A DNA stretch of 64,000 nucleotides from a virus (taxonomy: Duplodnaviria; Heunggongvirae; Uroviricota; Caudoviricetes), in IMG/VR virus record IMGVR_UViG_2724678985_000012; one strand, written 5' to 3'. A program made the position numbers and the translations under genes. Every line of letters begins with the position of its first letter. Within the stretch, counting starts at the first letter, position 1. Positions 58,496 to 64,000 of this stretch are shown here, one piece after another. Under the pieces are notes generated by a model that ran no database searches, was not told the DNA's origin, and saw only the letters and a list, made by a program, of their open reading frames with translations.

Positions 58496-59476
58496 GTGGC
58501 CCAGGAGTTACAACAATATTTTCTACAGTCAGTGCTCATTAACGATAACAAAGTGCCACGAGACTGGATTTTTACCGCAGTATATGTAGAAAAAACCAGC
58601 CTCAAAGCCCCTTTGCTAAAACTGGAAATTCATGACGCTACCGGCACCGTAATTGATGACTGGAAAGCCAAATACGGTGCATCGCTGGTGGCTGAAATGG
58701 GCGATCCAAACGGTAATGCAGGCACTTTTAAAACAGATTTCTTTGTTACGTCTGCAATGCTGGCTGGTGATGTTGTTACCGTTATTGCTGTCAGTGAAGA
58801 CGTGCGCAGGTTTAAGATCCCCTCCCCGCGCACAAATTTACATACCAACAAAACACCAGACGCTATATTCAAGGCATATTCCGGCAAACTTAAAATTACC
58901 AGCAGCGTGCTAAAACGCGCAGTTACATATCATCTGAATGCTGGTGACAAACCGTCAAAAATGCTTTCGGAGATAGCGCGAGACAAAGGTGCATTGTGTT
59001 GGGTATGTCGGGGGGAATTTAACTTTTACACCCTGGCTGATCTGATGAAGCAAACGCCATCATTTACCTACGAGGGGAATAACCCTAAAGCAGAATACAC
59101 TTTGTCAAAAATGCGCCTACTCCAACAGGAACATGCGACAACAGCAAAGAATCAATATCGTTTTGTTGGGTATTCCATGACCGATGGCTACGTCGAATAT
59201 GGCGATAGCTCACTCCCAGTGCGTTATATATCCGACTCTGATATGGAAACTCTTCGCAATATGCAGCTGTCTCTCGTCCCCAAAATGGATATAGAAGTCG
59301 CAGGCAATCCTGATATAAAACCGGGGATGGTAATAGAGATTATCGTATACCGCTATGACCAGGAAAACCGCATTGATGAATCAATGCCCCGTAAGCTGAT
59401 AGTAAAAAATGTTGCGCACTTTGAGGACCGCGTAGGCTACACAACACGAATGATATTGGGAGTGCCTAACAAATGA
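58496..59476 (+). CDS. putative baseplate hub-like protein (by position upstream of spike)
   Basis: 326 aa; GTG start; overlaps spike gene start. Confidence 0.3.
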   Translation: MAQELQQYFLQSVLINDNKVPRDWIFTAVYVEKTSLKAPLLKLEIHDATGTVIDDWKAKYGASLVAEMGDPNGNAGTFKTDFFVTSAMLAGDVVTVIAVSEDVRRFKIPSPRTNLHTNKTPDAIFKAYSGKLKITSSVLKRAVTYHLNAGDKPSKMLSEIARDKGALCWVCRGEFNFYTLADLMKQTPSFTYEGNNPKAEYTLSKMRLLQQEHATTAKNQYRFVGYSMTDGYVEYGDSSLPVRYISDSDMETLRNMQLSLVPKMDIEVAGNPDIKPGMVIEIIVYRYDQENRIDESMPRKLIVKNVAHFEDRVGYTTRMILGVPNK

Positions 59477-60126
59477 AGCGTAGAGCGCAAATTGTTGGAA
59501 CTGTGCACCCGGCAGGGCTTATGCGTGCTCAAGTCCGTGTTTTACCTGACTGGAATGGCGTTCCTGATGACGATCTACCCTGGGCGGAATACCTGTTACC
59601 CATCGGAAACGCTTTTGTACCCACAGTCAAAGGTGACCTGGTCTGGGTAGAGTTTCCTTATTTAGATGTTAACGGTCGAATAGACACCAGACGCCCAATG
59701 ATAGTTGGTGCCGCTCAGGATGCACCGGGAGGAATTCCAAACGTTGCACCAGAAGCATCTGGCAAAGGCAACGGCTGGACGCCGCCGGAAGTAGATGGAG
59801 CACCTCCCCGCCCCCAAATCTCAGCAACGAAAGACTTCGTTATTCACCGCAACAATATTCTTGAAGTACGAACTGCTGGTGGCGGCTATGAAATTGCCAA
59901 TACGGCAGCAGGCTCAAGGATTGGCATGAATGAGTCCGGGCAGATATATATCATTGGTCCGGCTGATGTAATCGTGAATGCAGGAGGGAGTGTTAACGTC
60001 AAATCAGCCAACAACATCAATGTTAAAGGGGAAAATATTGCTGTCACCGCTAACGGAGACATAGCTTTCAAGGCAGGAGGAACCTTTCAGGCCACTGCTA
60101 GCAACTTCGATTTCAAGAAAGGATAG
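59473..60126 (+). CDS. baseplate spike protein (gpV / Mu gp45-like)
   Basis: 217 aa; N-terminal OB-fold pattern RAQVRVLPDW...GDLVWVEF; C-terminal beta-helix-like repeats. Confidence 0.5.
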   Translation: MKRRAQIVGTVHPAGLMRAQVRVLPDWNGVPDDDLPWAEYLLPIGNAFVPTVKGDLVWVEFPYLDVNGRIDTRRPMIVGAAQDAPGGIPNVAPEASGKGNGWTPPEVDGAPPRPQISATKDFVIHRNNILEVRTAGGGYEIANTAAGSRIGMNESGQIYIIGPADVIVNAGGSVNVKSANNINVKGENIAVTANGDIAFKAGGTFQATASNFDFKKG

Positions 60127-60157
60127 AAAATGCACCCATTTGTGTTAGATAATTAAT

Positions 60158-60175
60158 ATGTATTTTCTAACACAA
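60158..60175 (+). promoter_or_regulatory. C1-operator-like motif site 13, embedded in 14-bp inverted repeat
   Basis: CCATTTGTGTTAGA...TCTAACACAAATGG around TATTTTCTAACAC, upstream of rdgC-like gene. Confidence 0.5.
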
Positions 60176-60185
60176 ATGGTGAGAC

Positions 60186-61091
60186 ATGAGATCAGTCGCT
60201 TTCAAAAATATCTTCATCTATCGTCTTTCACGCGAAGTTAGCTGGGATACTGCAGAAGTAAATGCAGCCCTTAGCAAGTTTGTGTTTACCCCATGCGGTT
60301 CTCAGGATATGGCTAAAGCTGGTTGGACCCCCGTTCTTGGCGACAACCTCACCCATGAATACCAAGGTTTTCTTCTGATACAGCATAAACGAGAGGAAAA
60401 AATCCTACCCTCTCAAGTGCTCAAAGAAGAGTTACAGAAAAAAATCCTGACACTTGAAGAAGAGCAAGACAGAAAGCTGAAGAAGACTGAAAAAGATTCG
60501 CTGAAGGATGAAGTGCTTCACTCTCTGCTTCCTCGTGCTTTCACGAGAAAATCAGTCGCTAAAATCCTGATAGACCGAAGCAATCATCTGGTTTTTGTCG
60601 AGGCCAGCAGTGCTAAAAAAGCAGAGGATCAGCTGGCTTTGTTACGGAAATCGCTTGGCAGCTTGCCCGTTGTCCCCTTCTCTCCGAAAGACCCATTAGA
60701 ACTGACCATCACTGGCTGGATTAAAAATGGCTTCCCGAACGGTTTCCGTGCCGGTGAGGAAGCGACCTTAAAAGCATTGCTTGATGATGGCGGCGCGGTC
60801 CGCTGCAAAAAAGTGGACCTGCTATCCGACGAGATCATGAGTCATATAGAAGCTGGTAAGGTTGCAACCACAGTTGCGGTTAACTGGCAAGACCGTGCAT
60901 TTTTCAGACTGAATGACGATATGAGTATCAAGGCTTTGTCGTTCAGCGACGAATTGTACGACCAGAACGACGATATTGATCGAGAGGATGTTGCGCAACG
61001 ATTTGACGCTGACTTTATCCTGTTTACTGCTGAATTATCCGCGATGTTCACTTCGCTGGTGGAGGCCGTTGGTGGTGAAGCAGAACGTTAA
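60186..61091 (+). CDS. rdgC: RdgC-like recombination-associated protein
   Basis: 301 aa; long collinear similarity to E. coli RdgC ([49 protein letters not shown]). Confidence 0.8.
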   Translation: MRSVAFKNIFIYRLSREVSWDTAEVNAALSKFVFTPCGSQDMAKAGWTPVLGDNLTHEYQGFLLIQHKREEKILPSQVLKEELQKKILTLEEEQDRKLKKTEKDSLKDEVLHSLLPRAFTRKSVAKILIDRSNHLVFVEASSAKKAEDQLALLRKSLGSLPVVPFSPKDPLELTITGWIKNGFPNGFRAGEEATLKALLDDGGAVRCKKVDLLSDEIMSHIEAGKVATTVAVNWQDRAFFRLNDDMSIKALSFSDELYDQNDDIDREDVAQRFDADFILFTAELSAMFTSLVEAVGGEAER

Positions 61092-61104
61092 CAATAGACC
61101 TCTG

Positions 61105-61755
61105 ATGGTGAGTCTTTGTGATTTCACGGGGAAAATGGTCGCCCCCTGGCTGGAGCATGGTATAGATGCTGTTATCGTCGATCCACAACACGCAGAGACC
61201 AGAGATGAGCTGATGCAATCAGGCGCAGTTCTGACACGTATCAGTGCGATTATCGATAGTGATGAAGTTTATGCTTTTCTCCGAAATAATTTACAACGTA
61301 TTGTGTTTTTAGCTGGTTTTCCGCCGTGCACGGACCTTGCTGTTTCCGGTGCGCGCTGGTTTGCGCATAAGGCTGACAAAGATCCGTTTTTCCAGTTCAA
61401 AGCGATGCAGGTCGTCTGGCAGTGTTACGATATTGCAAAGATGATTGGTTGCCCGTACATGATTGAAAACCCGGTCAGCCAAATATCGACATTCTGGCGT
61501 AAACCTGATCACATCTTCCATCCTTACCACTTCACTGCATATTGCAAGGAAGACAATTACACCAAAAAAACATGCCTCTGGAGCGGGCAAGGCTTTGTCA
61601 TGCCTGATGCCCTAATGGACGAATCATTAGGCAAGCCAGATAACAGAATCCATACCGCGCCACCTGGACCTGAAAGGGCTAATTTTCGAAGTGCTACTCC
61701 GCATGGATTCGCAAAGGCAGTTTTCGAAGCGAATAAGGGGGTGCTCTATGAGTAA
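61105..61755 (+). CDS. small C5-cytosine-methyltransferase-like protein
   Basis: about 216 aa; motif I-like LCDFTG, PC motif GFPPCTDL, ENV-like MIENPVS; no obvious target-recognition domain. Confidence 0.35.
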   Translation: MVSLCDFTGKMVAPWLEHGIDAVIVDPQHAETRDELMQSGAVLTRISAIIDSDEVYAFLRNNLQRIVFLAGFPPCTDLAVSGARWFAHKADKDPFFQFKAMQVVWQCYDIAKMIGCPYMIENPVSQISTFWRKPDHIFHPYHFTAYCKEDNYTKKTCLWSGQGFVMPDALMDESLGKPDNRIHTAPPGPERANFRSATPHGFAKAVFEANKGVLYE

Positions 61756-62653
61756 ATCTATAGCAAGCATAGCCATAAAAAAACAGGATACGATGGCTGA
61801 AATTAGCTATATGCGCACCATTCGGACTCCGGATGAATATGAGCGCCCGATCTTCAAATGGGTAGGCGGTAAATTCTCAGAGTTGCCTACAGTGCTTGAG
61901 CATCTACCACACGGCAAGCGGTTAATAGAACCATTCGTTGGTGGCGGTTCCGTATTTACAAATGCAGGATTTCACCACAACCTGCTTAATGATATTAACG
62001 GTGACCTGATTAACTTCTATCAGACATTGCAGCGAGAAGGACATTCGCTCGTCACGCTGTCATATAGTTTTTTCCAAAATTACAACAACGCTGACGCTTA
62101 CCTCGAAGTGCGTGAGGCATTTAACAGAGGAAAGTATGACCAGCTACATCATGCTGCCGCCTTTTTGTACCTTAATCGGCACTGTTTTAATGGCGTAACG
62201 CGGTACAACCAAAATGGCGAGTTCAACGTGGGGTATGGCAAATACAAAGCGCCCTACTTCCCACATGCAGAGATGGAGGCATTTTTGGCTGATGACGTAC
62301 TCAAAAACACGTCCTTTGTATCAGGTGACTTTGCTGGCGTCATCGAGGCGGCTGGTGAAGGCGATGTGATTTTTTGCGATCCGCCGTATGAACCGCTGCC
62401 GGATACAGAAGGGTTTACCAGTTATTCAGGAAATAGCTTCCGTTTCGACGAACAGAAACGGCTGGTATCTCTATTGGTGGAAGCCCACCAGCGCGGCGCT
62501 AAGGTAGTGATAACAAATAGTGGTGCGCCAAACATCCGTGAACTATATGAAGGAAACGGGTTTAAAGTACATCATATGGCAGCCAGACGGTCGGTTTCCT
62601 GCAAGGCGTCAACACGTGTAGTTGCTAACGATATAATTGCGATAATGAAGTAA
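61748..62653 (+). CDS. Dam-family N6-adenine DNA methyltransferase
   Basis: IFKWVGGK, EPFVGGGSVF and DPPY motifs; collinear with E. coli Dam; ATG 61748 with AAGGGGG SD. Confidence 0.85.
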   Translation: MSKSIASIAIKKQDTMAEISYMRTIRTPDEYERPIFKWVGGKFSELPTVLEHLPHGKRLIEPFVGGGSVFTNAGFHHNLLNDINGDLINFYQTLQREGHSLVTLSYSFFQNYNNADAYLEVREAFNRGKYDQLHHAAAFLYLNRHCFNGVTRYNQNGEFNVGYGKYKAPYFPHAEMEAFLADDVLKNTSFVSGDFAGVIEAAGEGDVIFCDPPYEPLPDTEGFTSYSGNSFRFDEQKRLVSLLVEAHQRGAKVVITNSGAPNIRELYEGNGFKVHHMAARRSVSCKASTRVVANDIIAIMK

Positions 62654-62684
62654 AAAACGCCGCAGTAGCGGCGTTTACTTTTTT
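62654..62684. terminator. bidirectional rho-independent terminator between dam-like gene and glnS
   Basis: aaacgccgc-agta-gcggcgttt with T-runs on both strands. Confidence 0.8.
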
Positions 62685-62701
62685 ATGTGGCGAAATACCT
62701 A

Positions 62702-64000
62702 TTAACCTAACTTCGCCCAGGTATCACGCAGCCCAACGGTGCGGTTAAATACCGGTTTTTCCGCCGTGGAATGGCGGCTGTCGAGGCAGAAATAACCTTC
62801 ACGCTCAAACTGGAATGCTTTACCCGCTACCGCTTCTTTCAGCGACGGTTCAGCAAAGCCCTGTTTGATCACCAGCGATTCCGGGTTAATCACCGACAGG
62901 AAATCATCCGCAGCACCTGGGTTCGGTACACTGAACAGACGGTCGTACAGGCGAATTTCAACCGGCAGCGCATGGGCCGCGCTTACCCAGTGGATAACGC
63001 CTTTCACTTTACGACCATCTGCCGGATCTTTGCTTAAAGTATCGGCATCGTAGGTACAGAAGATGGTGGTGATATTGCCTTCGGCATCTTTCTCCACGCG
63101 TTCAGCCTTAATGACGTAAGCATTACGCAGACGCACTTCTTTACCCAGCACCAGACGTTTGTACTGCTTGTTAGCTTCTTCGCGGAAATCGGCGCGGTCG
63201 ATCCAAATCTCACCGCTAAACGGCACCTGACGGCTACCCATTTCCGGTTTGTTTGGATGGTTCGGCATGGTGACCATTTCGCCTTCGCCCTGGTAGTTTT
63301 CGATAACCAGTTTCACCGGATCGATAACCGCCATTGCGCGCGGGGCATTTTCGTTGAGATCTTCACGGATGCAGGATTCCAGCGACGCCATCTCAATGGT
63401 GTTGTCCTGCTTGGTCACGCCGATGCGTTTGCAGAACTCACGAATAGAAGCAGCAGTGTAACCACGACGACGCAGACCGGAAATGGTCGGCATACGCGGG
63501 TCATCCCAGCCTTCAACGTGCTTGTCGGTTACCAGCTGGTTCAGCTTACGCTTGGACATCACGGTGTATTCCAGATTCAGGCGCGAGAATTCGTACTGGC
63601 GCGGATGAACAGGAATGGTGATGTTGTCCAGTACCCAGTCATACAGACGACGGTTGTCCTGGAACTCAAGCGTACACAGAGAGTGCGTAATACCTTCCAG
63701 CGCATCGCTGATGCAGTGGGTGAAGTCGTACATCGGGTAGATGCACCACTTGTTGCCAGTCTGGTGGTGTTCAGCAAACTTAATACGGTACAGCACCGGG
63801 TCGCGCATCACGATAAACGGCGAAGCCATGTCGATTTTCGCACGCAGGCAGGCTTTACCTTCTTCAAAACCACCGGCACGCATTTTTTCGAACAGCGCCA
63901 GGTTCTCTTCAACGCTGCGGTCGCGGTACGGGCTGTTTTTACCCGGCTGCGTCAGGGTGCCGCGGTATTCGCGGATCTGTTCCGGCGTCAGTTCGTCAAC
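62702..64000 (-). CDS. glnS: glutaminyl-tRNA synthetase, 3' part (gene continues beyond window end)
   Basis: translation matches E. coli GlnRS from residue about 120 to C-terminus; E. coli-like GC and codon usage; ends ...TWAKLG. Confidence 0.9.
   Translation of the reverse strand, partial: VDELTPEQIREYRGTLTQPGKNSPYRDRSVEENLALFEKMRAGGFEEGKACLRAKIDMASPFIVMRDPVLYRIKFAEHHQTGNKWCIYPMYDFTHCISDALEGITHSLCTLEFQDNRRLYDWVLDNITIPVHPRQYEFSRLNLEYTVMSKRKLNQLVTDKHVEGWDDPRMPTISGLRRRGYTAASIREFCKRIGVTKQDNTIEMASLESCIREDLNENAPRAMAVIDPVKLVIENYQGEGEMVTMPNHPNKPEMGSRQVPFSGEIWIDRADFREEANKQYKRLVLGKEVRLRNAYVIKAERVEKDAEGNITTIFCTYDADTLSKDPADGRKVKGVIHWVSAAHALPVEIRLYDRLFSVPNPGAADDFLSVINPESLVIKQGFAEPSLKEAVAGKAFQFEREGYFCLDSRHSTAEKPVFNRTVGLRDTWAKLG

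Larger units (their letters stand above)
1..62653. mobile_element. P1/D6-like temperate myophage genome (plasmid-prophage family); continues beyond left edge; right boundary about 62.65-62.70 kb next to glnS
   Basis: Cin, Dar-like operon, c4-icd-ant x2, DarB-like, PacA/PacB, Dre+rox, Phd-Doc, humD, Ref-like; shared operator motif extends to 60.2 kb. Confidence 0.7.

Noticed and set aside
62702-63883. ORF-track start of the glnS fragment at an internal Met (393 aa)
   Set aside because: The protein continues collinearly upstream in the same frame to the window edge; the internal Met is an artefact of ORF calling, so the feature is reported as 62702-64000, partial.

Overview
Almost the whole window (1 to about 62.65 kb) is one P1/D6-like temperate myophage genome of the plasmid-prophage family, running off the left edge and ending against the 3' end of chromosomal glnS (62702-64000, minus strand). 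All calls are from reading the sequence and ORF translations by eye; no searches were run. Recognisable modules, left to right: Cin-type invertase with a crossover site; a lysis/Dar-like operon; portal and head-protease candidates; a c4-icd-ant immunity module; a 2278-aa DarB-like methyltransferase-helicase; a five-tRNA island (Arg-UCU, Tyr, Thr-UGU, Ser-UGA, Ile2-CAU) behind a 1.2-kb structured non-coding leader; Lpa-like/PacA/PacB packaging genes; a Dre recombinase with an exact rox site; dUTPase; Phd-Doc; a frameshifted humD; a lambdoid-like accessory block; a Ref-like HNH nuclease; a second c4-icd-ant module; low-GC cargo including HigB-HigA, an orphan HigA-like HTH and a membrane coiled-coil protein; baseplate hub/spike; RdgC; and a C5-like plus Dam-like methyltransferase pair. 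A C1-operator-like motif recurs at 13 intergenic sites up to 60.2 kb, tying the region into one regulatory network. The best candidates for undescribed biology are the low-GC HigBA/HTH/membrane-protein island, four DUF2829-like domains, the duplicated immunity modules and the structured tRNA leader. No CRISPR array, rRNA or IS element was seen.
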